Of a DNA stretch of 64,000 nt, positions 40,974 through 50,301 are shown piece after piece (position 1 is the first letter of the stretch; each line of letters opens with the position of its first letter). The DNA comes from Bacillota bacterium. GTDB taxonomy: Bacteria; Bacillota; Clostridia; Oscillospirales; Ruminococcaceae. Position numbers and translations under genes: made by a program. The stretch covers positions 21,755 through 85,754 of the forward strand of contig JAEWAB010000006.1 in the NCBI GenBank assembly GCA_023391875.1. The letters are read 5' to 3'. The notes under the pieces are model-generated. The model was not told the origin of the DNA and searched no databases. It was given only the letters and a program-made list of their open reading frames with translations.

Positions 40974-41837
40974 TTAACGGTCTTTGGTAATGTCGCGGTG
41001 GTTGGCGGTGGCATGTACATTTTTTCCATTGAGATATAGTGAAAGCTCCTGTACAAACGTTACGGAGCGGTGCTTGCCGCCCGTGCAGCCGATAGCCACT
41101 ACCAGCTGGCTTTTACCCTCGTTGGTGTAAAGCGGAAGCGTAAAATCTAAAAATTCCTTGATTTTTTGTAGTAACGTCCGAGCTTCCTCAAAGCCGAGTA
41201 CAAAGTCGCGCACCTCTTTGTCCAGCCCGGATTTATGCTTTAGCTCATCATAATAAAACGGGTTGGGCAGGCAGCGAACGTCAAACACCAAATCGGCTTC
41301 ACTTGGCAGACCGTATTTAAACCCGAACGACATGCAGTTAACCATGATGCCGTTGGATTTTTCGTCTAAAAATATCGCCGAAAGACGTTCCTTCAGCTGC
41401 GCGGGCGAAAGGATAGAGGTATCGATGGTGTAATCCGCCATCCCCTTAATCTGCTTGAGCATCACGCGCTCAACAGCAATCGCGTTTTCCACCGAGGCGT
41501 TATCGTTGTCCACCAAGGGGTGCTTGCGCCTCGTCTCTTTATAGCGCCTTATCAGCACATCGTCGCGGCAATCCAGAAACAGAATCTTATACTGATAACC
41601 GCTTTTCTTCATCTCCGCGAGGCTATCCACCAGCCCGCTGAACATATTGCCCCCGCGAATGTCGGTAACCACCGCTATCTTGTTAATCTTCCCGTCCGGC
41701 TGAGAGCACAGCTCCGCAAACTTAGGAATCAGTATGGGCGGCATGTTATCGGCACAAAAAAAGCCGATATCCTCCAGCACATTGATGGCTCTTGTTTTTC
41801 CCGCACCCGAAAGGCCGGTTATAATAACGAGCTGCAT
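40974..41837 (-). CDS. rapZ: RNase adapter RapZ / YvcJ family P-loop protein
   Basis: GLSGAGKT, DIRG, ETRR.HP, SFGFKYG, IGCTGGKHRSV. Confidence 0.95.
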   Translation of the reverse strand: MQLVIITGLSGAGKTRAINVLEDIGFFCADNMPPILIPKFAELCSQPDGKINKIAVVTDIRGGNMFSGLVDSLAEMKKSGYQYKILFLDCRDDVLIRRYKETRRKHPLVDNDNASVENAIAVERVMLKQIKGMADYTIDTSILSPAQLKERLSAIFLDEKSNGIMVNCMSFGFKYGLPSEADLVFDVRCLPNPFYYDELKHKSGLDKEVRDFVLGFEEARTLLQKIKEFLDFTLPLYTNEGKSQLVVAIGCTGGKHRSVTFVQELSLYLNGKNVHATANHRDITKDR

Positions 41838-41863
41838 TTTTCTCACATCCCCTTTTAAGCCGC

Positions 41864-42775
41864 TCAGTTGCAGCTGAAAAAACGTATCTCACACTCCAGG
41901 GTTACCCCGGTCTGGCGAAAAACTTCCTCCTTAATCATATCAATCAACCTCATTACATCATCACAGGTAGCGTCGCCGGTATTGATGACGAAACCGGAAT
42001 GCTTCGTGCTCACCATAGCGCCGCCTACCGTCCGGCCTTTAAGCCCGCACTGCTCAATCAGTGCCCCGGCGAAATGTCCTTCCGGGCGCTTAAAGGTACT
42101 GCCCGCACTGCCATATTCCAGCGGCTGCTTTGCTTTGCGCCGGCTGAGTAGTTCATCCATGCAGGCGCGTATGTCCTCCTGAGGAGCGGGCTTTAGCCGC
42201 ACCTTCAGGCTGGTAATGCAGTAGTTTTTACCGCTGTATATACTTTTTCGGTAGCCAAGCTCAAGCGCTTGCCCGCTGAATGACCCAATAGCGCCCTGCT
42301 CGTCAATGTGGCTGCAGGAGAGTAATACGTCCCGCATCTCGCCGCCGTAGGCGCCCGCATTCATGTAGGCGGCTCCCCCCGCGCTGCCGGGGATGCCCCA
42401 CGCGAACTCCAGCCCGGAAAGGCCTTCTCGATACGCTGTATAGCAAAGCTGCGCAAGCGGGGTACCCGCCTTGCACTCAAGCATATCTCCGCTGCGCGCA
42501 ACACCCGAAAATCGGTGGCCGATGTGCAGTACCGCACCGCGGATACCACAATCCCCCACCAAAATATTGGAGCCTTTGCCCAAAACGCAATAAGATATTT
42601 CATGCGTTTGAAAATAAGTAAGTAACGAGACAATCTGAGCCTCATCATTCGGCGAGATAAAGATATCGGCAGGCCCGCCGATTCTAAAAGTAGAATGCTG
42701 CGACATCGGCTCGTCGGTTATCACATGGCAATTTAATGTGTCGCAAAAGCTTTTGAGCATATCAATCGAATCCAT
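41864..42775 (-). CDS. murB: UDP-N-acetylmuramate dehydrogenase
   Basis: TFRIGGPA, GKGSN, GIPGS.GGA..MNAGAYG, QPL....AGSTFKRP. Confidence 0.95.
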   Translation of the reverse strand: MDSIDMLKSFCDTLNCHVITDEPMSQHSTFRIGGPADIFISPNDEAQIVSLLTYFQTHEISYCVLGKGSNILVGDCGIRGAVLHIGHRFSGVARSGDMLECKAGTPLAQLCYTAYREGLSGLEFAWGIPGSAGGAAYMNAGAYGGEMRDVLLSCSHIDEQGAIGSFSGQALELGYRKSIYSGKNYCITSLKVRLKPAPQEDIRACMDELLSRRKAKQPLEYGSAGSTFKRPEGHFAGALIEQCGLKGRTVGGAMVSTKHSGFVINTGDATCDDVMRLIDMIKEEVFRQTGVTLECEIRFFSCN

Positions 42776-42819
42776 CAGGCAATCACCCTCAATTTCATTT
42801 GCACCATTATAAAACAAAT

Positions 42820-43779
42820 TTATGCGTAAAGATTGCCTAAAAATGCTGCTCCTATAATTCCCGCATCGTTGCCAAGCTGCGCAATGCAAAGTTCCGTGCT
42901 CTTTTGGGCATATTTAGAAAACGACTCGCGTTTTATCTGTTCACGCAGAGGCTTTAAAAGCGCCTCGCCTTCCTTCGAGATGCCGCCGCCAAAAAAAAGA
43001 ATCTCCGGCTGAAAGATGTTTACCATATTCACAATTCCACAGCCGAGGTAGCTTACATAGGTGTCGACAATCTCCTGACCGCCCTCAATGCCTGCCCGCA
43101 TCGCTTGAAACGCCGTGCGGCCGCTCACCTTTGTGATGTCGCCGTCCAACATTTTGAGCATTTCGCTATCAGGGTGCTTTACGAGGTATTCTTTGGTCAT
43201 ACCAATAAGCCCGGCAGCGGAGGAGTATGCTTCAAAGCAGCCCTTTCTGCCGCAGGTGCAAAGCTTGCCGTCGTATACTATAACAGTATGCCCAAGTTCG
43301 GCACCCGCATAGTTGAAACCGGAATAAATCTTTCCATCAATAATAACGCCGCCGCCTACACCCGTACCGAGCGTAATGCCGATTACATTGCGGCGGCCTT
43401 TGGCTGCGCCCGCAAGCGCCTCGCCGTAAACCGCGGCATTTGCGTCGTTTTCCATGTAGGCCTTTTTGCCCAGCCGATCTTCTATCAACTGTATCATAGG
43501 TACATGATGAAACTGCAGGTTGTTCGAATATTCAATCTCGTGCGTTTCTTGATTTACGGTTCCCGGGGTACCGATACCCACCCATTCCACCTGACTGATA
43601 TTTACACCCGCATCCTGCAACGCCATCTTGGCAGCTACTGCCATATCGTCGGCAACCAGCTCCGCGGCGCGGGGAGGAGCGGTTTTCAGCTTGCCCCTGC
43701 CGATAATGTGATAGCATTCGTCTACTACTCCCACCGCGATATTGGTGCCGCCGAGATCAATACCTACATAGTACTTCAT
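42820..43779 (-). CDS. ROK family sugar kinase (glucokinase-like)
   Basis: GIDLGGT, ENDANAA, GTGVGGG, ELGH, CTCGRKGCFE zinc motif. Confidence 0.92.
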   Translation of the reverse strand: MKYYVGIDLGGTNIAVGVVDECYHIIGRGKLKTAPPRAAELVADDMAVAAKMALQDAGVNISQVEWVGIGTPGTVNQETHEIEYSNNLQFHHVPMIQLIEDRLGKKAYMENDANAAVYGEALAGAAKGRRNVIGITLGTGVGGGVIIDGKIYSGFNYAGAELGHTVIVYDGKLCTCGRKGCFEAYSSAAGLIGMTKEYLVKHPDSEMLKMLDGDITKVSGRTAFQAMRAGIEGGQEIVDTYVSYLGCGIVNMVNIFQPEILFFGGGISKEGEALLKPLREQIKRESFSKYAQKSTELCIAQLGNDAGIIGAAFLGNLYA

Positions 43780-43817
43780 AGTTATTCCATCTTTCTACAA
43801 AGTATTTGTTGCAAGAA

Positions 43818-44555
43818 TTATTCTACAGTTATACCGCAATATCTCTCGAGTGTCTCATAAAACCGCTCTTTGTCAATATTCAAGACCAGTTTTTCGGGGA
43901 AGTCTATTTCATCCAGCAGATCGAGTGACGGCTGCACTCTGCCGATTTCCAAGGCAAAATGCGCGTCGGCGCTCACCACCACGGGAACCTCATACTTTTT
44001 GCACAGCCGCGCAATCTCGGCGCAGTTCTTTGAGGCGCCTTTTCTCACCTTAAAGGAATGGGCGTTAATCTCAACAATCTTATCGTATTCCTTAAATGCC
44101 TTTATACCCTGCTCATAATCAAAGCGGAAGGCCTCGGTGCCGCAGTGCCCGATTACCTTAACATGCGGGTTTTGGGCGGCTCCGATATAAGCCTTGGTAT
44201 AGTCTGCTACCGTCGCGTTCTCTCCGAGGGGGTAGTGAAACGAAGCAATCACCCACTCCAGACGTTTGAGCGTATTTTCGGTTAAATCAAGCCCGCCTTC
44301 CGGGGTAACAATATCCGCCTCCGCGCCGCGCAGAATGAGTATATCCTCTATCACACGGTCGAGGCTGATAAGGTTGTCAAAGAACCAGAAGTAGGGCCCG
44401 TCCGGCATCTGGGGGCAGTGTTCGGTAATGGCAAGTGCGCTCATGCCGTAGCGCTTCGCGTACTGTATATTCTCAAGCAAGGTGCTATAGGCGTGGTTAG
44501 TTGCCACGGTGTGGCAATGGGTTTCGGCTATGGATTTTGCATCTTTAAGTTTCAA
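43818..44555 (-). CDS. PHP domain phosphatase (YcdX-like)
   Basis: HCHT, HAYST, ITEH, GAE, ASFH, GH, EIN, DAH metal ligands; TTG start after GGAGG. Confidence 0.88.
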   Translation of the reverse strand: MKLKDAKSIAETHCHTVATNHAYSTLLENIQYAKRYGMSALAITEHCPQMPDGPYFWFFDNLISLDRVIEDILILRGAEADIVTPEGGLDLTENTLKRLEWVIASFHYPLGENATVADYTKAYIGAAQNPHVKVIGHCGTEAFRFDYEQGIKAFKEYDKIVEINAHSFKVRKGASKNCAEIARLCKKYEVPVVVSADAHFALEIGRVQPSLDLLDEIDFPEKLVLNIDKERFYETLERYCGITVE

Positions 44556-44590
44556 ACCGGTGCCTCCAAAGGATATTGTAGGGGGATGAT

Positions 44591-45553
44591 TTAATAAGCA
44601 TTCCAATCGGTATCGGCGCTGGAATTATCCGAAGGTGCCATACCCAGCTTCTCCAGCAGTTCCCTCGCCGCGTTGTAACCCATCTTTTTCTGGCGGTTGT
44701 TCATTGCCGCAACTTCGATGATGATGGCGAGGTTGCGCCCCGGCTTTACAGGAATGGTGAGCGAGGGTAGCTCGATGCCTAAAATCTCGGTAAACTCATT
44801 GTCCATACCCATGCGGTCGTAAACCTTGTTCTGGTCCCACAGCTCTAGCTGGATGATCATGTCCACCTTTTCGGTTACCTTTACCGAGCCCATACCGAAG
44901 ATGCGTCGGGCATTGATGATACCGATGCCGCGAAGCTCTAAAAAGTGACGGATGTTTTCGGGCGCGGTGCCCACCAACGTTTTGTTGGATACCTTTCTCA
45001 ATTCCACCGCGTCGTCGGCAATCAGGCGGTGGCCGCGCTTCACGAGCTCAATGGCCGTTTCGCTTTTACCAACGCCGCTTTCACCCAAAAGCAGAATACC
45101 TTCGCCGTAAACCTCTACCAATACGCCATGACGCGTGATTCTGGGCGCCAGCTCGACATTGAGCTTGGAGATAAGCCCGGATAAGAACGAAGAGGTAGAC
45201 TCGCTGGTTCTTAACACCGGCACGGCGAATTCCTTTGCAAAGTCATACATCTCCGGGAAGATTTCCAGGCCTCTGGCCACGATTACCGTGGCCGGTTTTT
45301 CAGAGAAAAACTTCTTTAAGCTCTCCCTTCTGGCGTCCTCAGGGAGGGTTGACAGGTAGGCGCACTCTGCCTTGCCCATTATCTGAATGCGCTGGCTGTC
45401 GAAAAACTCGTGAAACCCTGTAAAATACAGCCCGGGGCGGTTAACCTCGCTGCTGGATATCAAAATTTGAGAAGGCTCCACGGGAAGATAGATGGTTTCC
45501 AGCTTAAATTCATCTATCAGCTTTATCAGCGCAACCGTAAATATCGTCGACAT
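44591..45553 (-). CDS. hprK: HPr(Ser) kinase/phosphorylase
   Basis: NRPGL, HGVLV.VYG.G, GESGVGKSETA.EL..RGHRL.ADD, PGRNLA.IIE.AA.N.R. Confidence 0.97.
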   Translation of the reverse strand: MSTIFTVALIKLIDEFKLETIYLPVEPSQILISSSEVNRPGLYFTGFHEFFDSQRIQIMGKAECAYLSTLPEDARRESLKKFFSEKPATVIVARGLEIFPEMYDFAKEFAVPVLRTSESTSSFLSGLISKLNVELAPRITRHGVLVEVYGEGILLLGESGVGKSETAIELVKRGHRLIADDAVELRKVSNKTLVGTAPENIRHFLELRGIGIINARRIFGMGSVKVTEKVDMIIQLELWDQNKVYDRMGMDNEFTEILGIELPSLTIPVKPGRNLAIIIEVAAMNNRQKKMGYNAARELLEKLGMAPSDNSSADTDWNAY

Positions 45554-45729
45554 CTTGTCCACCACTTCTCCGACAAATAGAGTGAATTGCTGCCAAAACC
45601 GCTGTCGGCCGGTTAAAGCAAGGAACGAATAAGGAATATAACTATTTTGTAGAATCGATACGCCGGTGTATCGATTAAAACCGGGTCAACCACGCACATT
45701 TTGCCTAAAAGTACAAATACTATTCTATA

Positions 45730-45758
45730 ATTATAACGTAAGCGTACCATTCTTTCAA
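45730..45758 (-). promoter_or_regulatory. sigma-A promoter of the hprK operon
   Basis: Minus strand TTGAAA-17bp-TATAAT. Confidence 0.7.
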
Positions 45759-45870
45759 ATAATTTTTTAGAAAAGGCATGAATTCTATCTAAACTACACA
45801 GGATTAAATGTGCTGAAAAATTAACATAAATATGTTATAATTATTATCGTGTTGTTTATAGGCGTTGTAA

Positions 45871-45970
45871 TACTAATTCCAATAAGAAATAAACCGTAAA
45901 AATTCTTCACAAAAGGCATAAATGGGGCCTAATGCTCGAATTTTTTCTATATTTCTAATTGAAATAAGTA
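45871..45970 (+). mobile_element. Miniature inverted-repeat element, family 2 (100 bp)
   Basis: 21-bp TIR (TACTAATTCCAATAAGAAATA vs TACTTATTTCAATTAGAAATA, 18/21), TAA direct flanks; near copy at 60849-60947. Confidence 0.85.
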
Positions 45971-46026
45971 TAAACAAAAAATCAAGCCCTTTAGGAAATC
46001 ACGATTAACATTAAGGAGCGTAACCA

Positions 46027-47271
46027 ATGAAGATTGCTATCTTTGCGGAAACCTATCTTCCCTACCTAAACGGAGTGGTGACGCATATCTGCGTATTAAA
46101 AAGCGGGCTGGAAAAACTGGGGCACGAGGTACTGATTGTTACGGCAGACGCTCATGCACGGCACCATTATATCGAAAACGGCGTACTGCACTGCCCGGCT
46201 ATTACCTCGAAACGTGTCTACGGCTACGGTCTGGCCTCGCCGTTAAGTCAGCGGCGCTTAAACATGATTTTAAACTTTAACCCCGATATCATACATGTAC
46301 AAACTGAATTCGGCGTGGGGCTCTCCGGCATAATGATTGCGAAGTTCTTAGGTATTCCGCTGGTGTATACCCTGCACACCATGTATGACGATTACATCTA
46401 TTATATCGCTCCCAGCAAGCTGGTACCGCTGGTAAAAAAGCTTTCGCATGGGTACGCGAAGATTATTGCCGGTTCCGTAAACGCCATTACCGGCCCTTCG
46501 GTGAAGATTCAGGAGTATTTTAGGTCTCACGGTATTAAAAAGCAGGTTAATATTATTCCGAACACCGTAGAAATTGAGAAGTTTGACCCCAATAACTTCA
46601 CGGCGGAGCAGAGAAGCGAGCTGAGAAAGCGCTACGGTATTCCCGATAGCAGTATGGTAGCCATCTTCGTGGGCCGGCTCGGCAAAGAAAAGAGCATTGA
46701 CGTGCTGCTGGACTATTGGTCGCAGGGCATCAAGCCGGAGGATGGCCTTCACCTGCTTATCGTCGGCGGCGGGCCGGACAGCGAAAGCCTGCGCGAGTAT
46801 GCCGCAAGCCTTGGCCTTGATTCGATGGTTACCTTTACAGGACCGATCCCCCATGAAGAGGTTGCGGCTTATTACGCGATCTCCGACGTCTTTGTAACGG
46901 CCTCCTTGTCGGAGGTGTATTCCATCTCGATGCTCGAAAGTATGGCCTCCGGCCTGCCGGTACTGCAGCGGTTTGATGAATTAAACTCCAGCCAGATTCA
47001 AGCCGGTAAAAACGGCTTCTTCTTTAACGATGCCTTGGAGATGGCCTCCGTGCTCAAGGTTCTTAAGCGCGAGAGCCCCGAAGACATGAAGAAGATGAAG
47101 GAGGTTGTAATCAACTCGGTGAAGGATTCCGGCGCCGAGTCGCTGGCCAAGAGCCTCTTAGAGATTTATACCGAGTATACGGAAAAGAAGAAATACAAAA
47201 AAGCCACCCACAGGCGCGATACCTTTAACAATACCAAGATCAAGCTGAAAAGGCTTCACCGTGTAAAATAG
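46027..47271 (+). CDS. GT4 family glycosyltransferase (diacylglycerol glucosyltransferase-like)
   Basis: ETYLPYLNGVVT, YTLHT.Y, FVGRL.KEK, SE.....MLE.MASG. Confidence 0.9.
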   Translation: MKIAIFAETYLPYLNGVVTHICVLKSGLEKLGHEVLIVTADAHARHHYIENGVLHCPAITSKRVYGYGLASPLSQRRLNMILNFNPDIIHVQTEFGVGLSGIMIAKFLGIPLVYTLHTMYDDYIYYIAPSKLVPLVKKLSHGYAKIIAGSVNAITGPSVKIQEYFRSHGIKKQVNIIPNTVEIEKFDPNNFTAEQRSELRKRYGIPDSSMVAIFVGRLGKEKSIDVLLDYWSQGIKPEDGLHLLIVGGGPDSESLREYAASLGLDSMVTFTGPIPHEEVAAYYAISDVFVTASLSEVYSISMLESMASGLPVLQRFDELNSSQIQAGKNGFFFNDALEMASVLKVLKRESPEDMKKMKEVVINSVKDSGAESLAKSLLEIYTEYTEKKKYKKATHRRDTFNNTKIKLKRLHRVK

Positions 47272-47301
47272 CTGCTGAATAAGTCGGAAACGGAGCAAAC
47301 C

Positions 47302-48690
47302 ATGACCATAAAAAAGCATTATGATATTGCCATCATTGGCGGAGGCATCGGTGGGCTGATGACAGCCTACCGTCTGTGTGAAAAGTCCCCCTCGCTTTCT
47401 GTGTGCATCTTGGAAAAGGGGCATGATATCGGCAAGCGCACCTGCCCCATCGTTACAAAAAAGGCGGATCACTGCATACACTGCTCCTCTTGCGCTATCA
47501 TGGAGGGCATGGCGGGAGCGGGCGCCTTTTCGGACGGTAAATATGTGATCTCCACCGAATACGGTGGCTGGCTTACCGATTTCTTGCCCGCTTCTACCGT
47601 TATCAACTACATTGAGCAGGCGGACAGTATCCTCGTAAACTTCGGTGCCACCACCGAGCGTTTTATGCCGGATAATGAACTCAAAAAGCTTTGCCTGCAG
47701 CATGACCTGCACATGAGCCAGGCCCAGCTCAAGCACCTGGGTACCGACTCTAATTTCGATACGATGTGCCATATGATCGATTCGCTGCGGGACCGGTGCG
47801 ACATTATTACCGACACCGAGGTTACCGATGTGGATACCAAGGCAAGCACCGTATTTTATAAGAACGGGTCGGCTGAAAACAATCTTACCGCCGGCACCAT
47901 CATCTTCGCGGTGGGGCGTGCGGGCAGCCGATTCTTCTCAAGATGGTGCGGGCAGAATAACATCCCCCTTGCCAACAATCAGGTGGATATCGGCGTACGC
48001 GTGGAACTGCCCTCTATGATTTGGGAGCATTTTTCGCAGAAGATCTATGAGCCGAAGATCTGGTACCGCAGCAAAAGCTACGGCGATATTACGCGGATGT
48101 TCTGCTTTAATGAGCGCGGGCATGTGGTTACCGAGAATACCGACGGCGTACTTACCGTAAACGGGCACTCCTTCCGCAAGGCCGAGCGCAAGACCGCCAA
48201 CTCCAACTTTGCGCTGCTGACCACCATTCGGTTTACTCAGCCATTCAAGTACCCCATTGAATACGCGCGGCATGTGGCTAGCCTAGCGAACCTTATCAGC
48301 GGCGGCAGCGTACTGGTACAGCGACTCGGCGATCTTGAAATCGGCCGCAGAACCGATGAAAAACGCTTAAGCCAGTCCACCACGGTTCCCACCTTAAAAG
48401 CGGTTGCGGGTGACTTAAGCCTATGCCTTCCCAAGCGGCAGATTGACAATATTGTGGAGACCCTGCATGCGCTCGATAAGATTGCCCCCGGTACCGCCAA
48501 CTACGATACCCTGCTCTACGGCGTCGAGTGCAAATACTACTCGGCGCGCCCGGAGTGTGAGAACTTCCGGTTAAAGGATTACGAGAATATTTATGCTATC
48601 GGCGACGGCGCGGGCTTTACGCGGTCATTATCGCAGGCGGCCGCAAACGGACTGTATGTCGCAGATTCACTGTTAAGCGAACTGAATTAA
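47302..48690 (+). CDS. FAD-dependent oxidoreductase with N-terminal Cys cluster
   Basis: IIGGGIGG Rossmann motif, CP..CIHCSSC, GAGAFSDGK, AVGRAG, IGDGAG. Confidence 0.85.
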   Translation: MTIKKHYDIAIIGGGIGGLMTAYRLCEKSPSLSVCILEKGHDIGKRTCPIVTKKADHCIHCSSCAIMEGMAGAGAFSDGKYVISTEYGGWLTDFLPASTVINYIEQADSILVNFGATTERFMPDNELKKLCLQHDLHMSQAQLKHLGTDSNFDTMCHMIDSLRDRCDIITDTEVTDVDTKASTVFYKNGSAENNLTAGTIIFAVGRAGSRFFSRWCGQNNIPLANNQVDIGVRVELPSMIWEHFSQKIYEPKIWYRSKSYGDITRMFCFNERGHVVTENTDGVLTVNGHSFRKAERKTANSNFALLTTIRFTQPFKYPIEYARHVASLANLISGGSVLVQRLGDLEIGRRTDEKRLSQSTTVPTLKAVAGDLSLCLPKRQIDNIVETLHALDKIAPGTANYDTLLYGVECKYYSARPECENFRLKDYENIYAIGDGAGFTRSLSQAAANGLYVADSLLSELN

Positions 48691-48696
48691 GTATGA

Positions 48697-48730
48697 AAAG
48701 GCGTAACGATTTTGCCATCGTTACGCCTTT
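48697..48730. terminator. Bidirectional terminator between the oxidoreductase gene and sigG
   Basis: AAAGGCGTAACGAT-6nt-ATCGTTACGCCTTT perfect stem between convergent genes. Confidence 0.8.
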
Positions 48731-48750
48731 GTACGTTTTATATACAGTGT

Positions 48751-49521
48751 TTATATCTGCTTTTTAATCTTCTCCAACGCGCATTTTTCAAGCCTTGAAA
48801 CCTGTGCCTGAGAAATACCGATCTCCGATGCTACCTCCATCTGCGTTTTACCCGCAAAAAAGCGCAGTGAGAGGATGTTTTTTTCGCGCGGGCTTAACTT
48901 GGCTATCGATTCTTTAAGTGCAATCTCCTCCAGCCAGTCCCAATCGTCGCTTTTATCGCCCACCTGATCCATGACATAGATGGTATCGCCGCCGTCGGAG
49001 TAGACCGGCTCCTGCAGCGAAAGCGGCTCCACGATAGCCTCCAGCGCCAATACCACATCTTCGCGCCTAATACCCATAAGCTCGGCAATCTCTTCTACCT
49101 TCGGCTCTCTGAGGTGCTCGTTGATAAACTTCTCCTTTACCTGCATTGCCTTATAAGCGGTGTCGCGCATGGAGCGGCTTACCCTTACAGAATTATTGTC
49201 TCTTAAATAGCGACGAATTTCACCGATGATCATAGGAACCGCATAGGTAGAAAAGCGAACATTCTGGTTAATATCGAAGTTATCAATCGATTTAATAAGC
49301 CCGATACAGCCTATCTGAAATAAATCGTCTGGGTTTTCGCCTCTGTTGATAAACCGCTGTATCACAGATAGCACCAGTCTGAGGTTGCCTGCAATCAGTT
49401 CTTCCCTTGCGTTTTTATCCCCCTGTTTTACCAATTTAAGAAGTCTTTCCTTCTCGGATTCTTTTAGAACCTTAATCTTTGAGGTGTTCACCCCGCAGAT
49501 TTCCACCTTGTTCATATGCAC
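48751..49521 (-). CDS. sigG: RNA polymerase sporulation sigma factor G
   Basis: NKVEICGVNTS N-terminus, GNLRLVLSVIQRF, DDLFQ.GCIGL.K, SQAQVSRLEK; GTG start at 49521 after GGGGGTGG. Confidence 0.95.
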   Translation of the reverse strand: MHMNKVEICGVNTSKIKVLKESEKERLLKLVKQGDKNAREELIAGNLRLVLSVIQRFINRGENPDDLFQIGCIGLIKSIDNFDINQNVRFSTYAVPMIIGEIRRYLRDNNSVRVSRSMRDTAYKAMQVKEKFINEHLREPKVEEIAELMGIRREDVVLALEAIVEPLSLQEPVYSDGGDTIYVMDQVGDKSDDWDWLEEIALKESIAKLSPREKNILSLRFFAGKTQMEVASEIGISQAQVSRLEKCALEKIKKQI

Positions 49522-49806
49522 CGCAACCACCCCCGCAATACTGATATCCACAGTATTGGCTGAGTTGAAATAAGGAATGCAGCGGCGGCACATGGTATTA
49601 TTTTCTTTACCTTTTTTAGGGGATATTACAGAACCGAAAAGCCTTTTGCGAGCAGCGATCGCACTTTAAAAGTAAATAGCGGGAATAGTACCAAATAGTT
49701 CCTAAAGTGCCTTCAATATCTATAATATTATGATATAATTGGGATATTGTTTACTTTTGTCTTAAAGATATGATATACAATCGTGAAATTCAAAGGAGAT
49801 GTTTCA

Positions 49807-50262
49807 ATGCCAACCAAATATGTACATACCAATATCATCGCAAAGGATTGGGAATCGCTTGCGGACTTTTATGTAAAGGTATTTGACTGTACACCTTTAA
49901 ACCCAAAGCGAGACCTCTCCGGAGACTGGGTGGACAGATTAACGGGAATAACCGACTGCAGCGTAAAAGGCATTCATCTGGCACTGCCCGGGTATGTCGA
50001 CGGGCCTACTCTTGAAATCTTCTCTTACCAGCCCGAGGATGGGCAGCCTGCGGATAAAGTGCTGAACCGTTTCGGGTTTGCGCACATCGCCTTTCATGTG
50101 GATGATGTTGAAGAAACACTGCAAAGCCTGCTCGCCCATGGCGGAACCGCACATGGGGTTCCGGTTAAGAATACCTATAAAGAACTCGGGGAACTCACCG
50201 TAATCTATGCGCGTGACCCGGAGGGCAACTTTATCGAGCTGCAAAATTGGAAACGGCCTTAA
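49807..50262 (+). CDS. VOC (glyoxalase) family protein
   Basis: HTNI, FY..VF, LEIF, HIAF.VDD, DPEGN.IEL; RBS AAGGAG. Confidence 0.88.
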   Translation: MPTKYVHTNIIAKDWESLADFYVKVFDCTPLNPKRDLSGDWVDRLTGITDCSVKGIHLALPGYVDGPTLEIFSYQPEDGQPADKVLNRFGFAHIAFHVDDVEETLQSLLAHGGTAHGVPVKNTYKELGELTVIYARDPEGNFIELQNWKRP

Positions 50263-50301
50263 AGCCGTTAACAGGTAAAAAGGCAGGATAGGATTAGGGT
50301 T

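Noticed and set aside
45737..45750. cre (CcpA) site in the hprK promoter spacer
   Set aside because: Only a half-site (GTAAGCG) matches; the full TGWNANCGNTNWCA pattern is not met.
45819..45846. dif-like site (TTATGTTAATT on the minus strand)
   Set aside because: Only the XerD-like arm matches and the other arm is out of register. It is better explained as the TAACATA-AA-TATGTTA palindrome over a promoter, and gene orientation shows no terminus switch.
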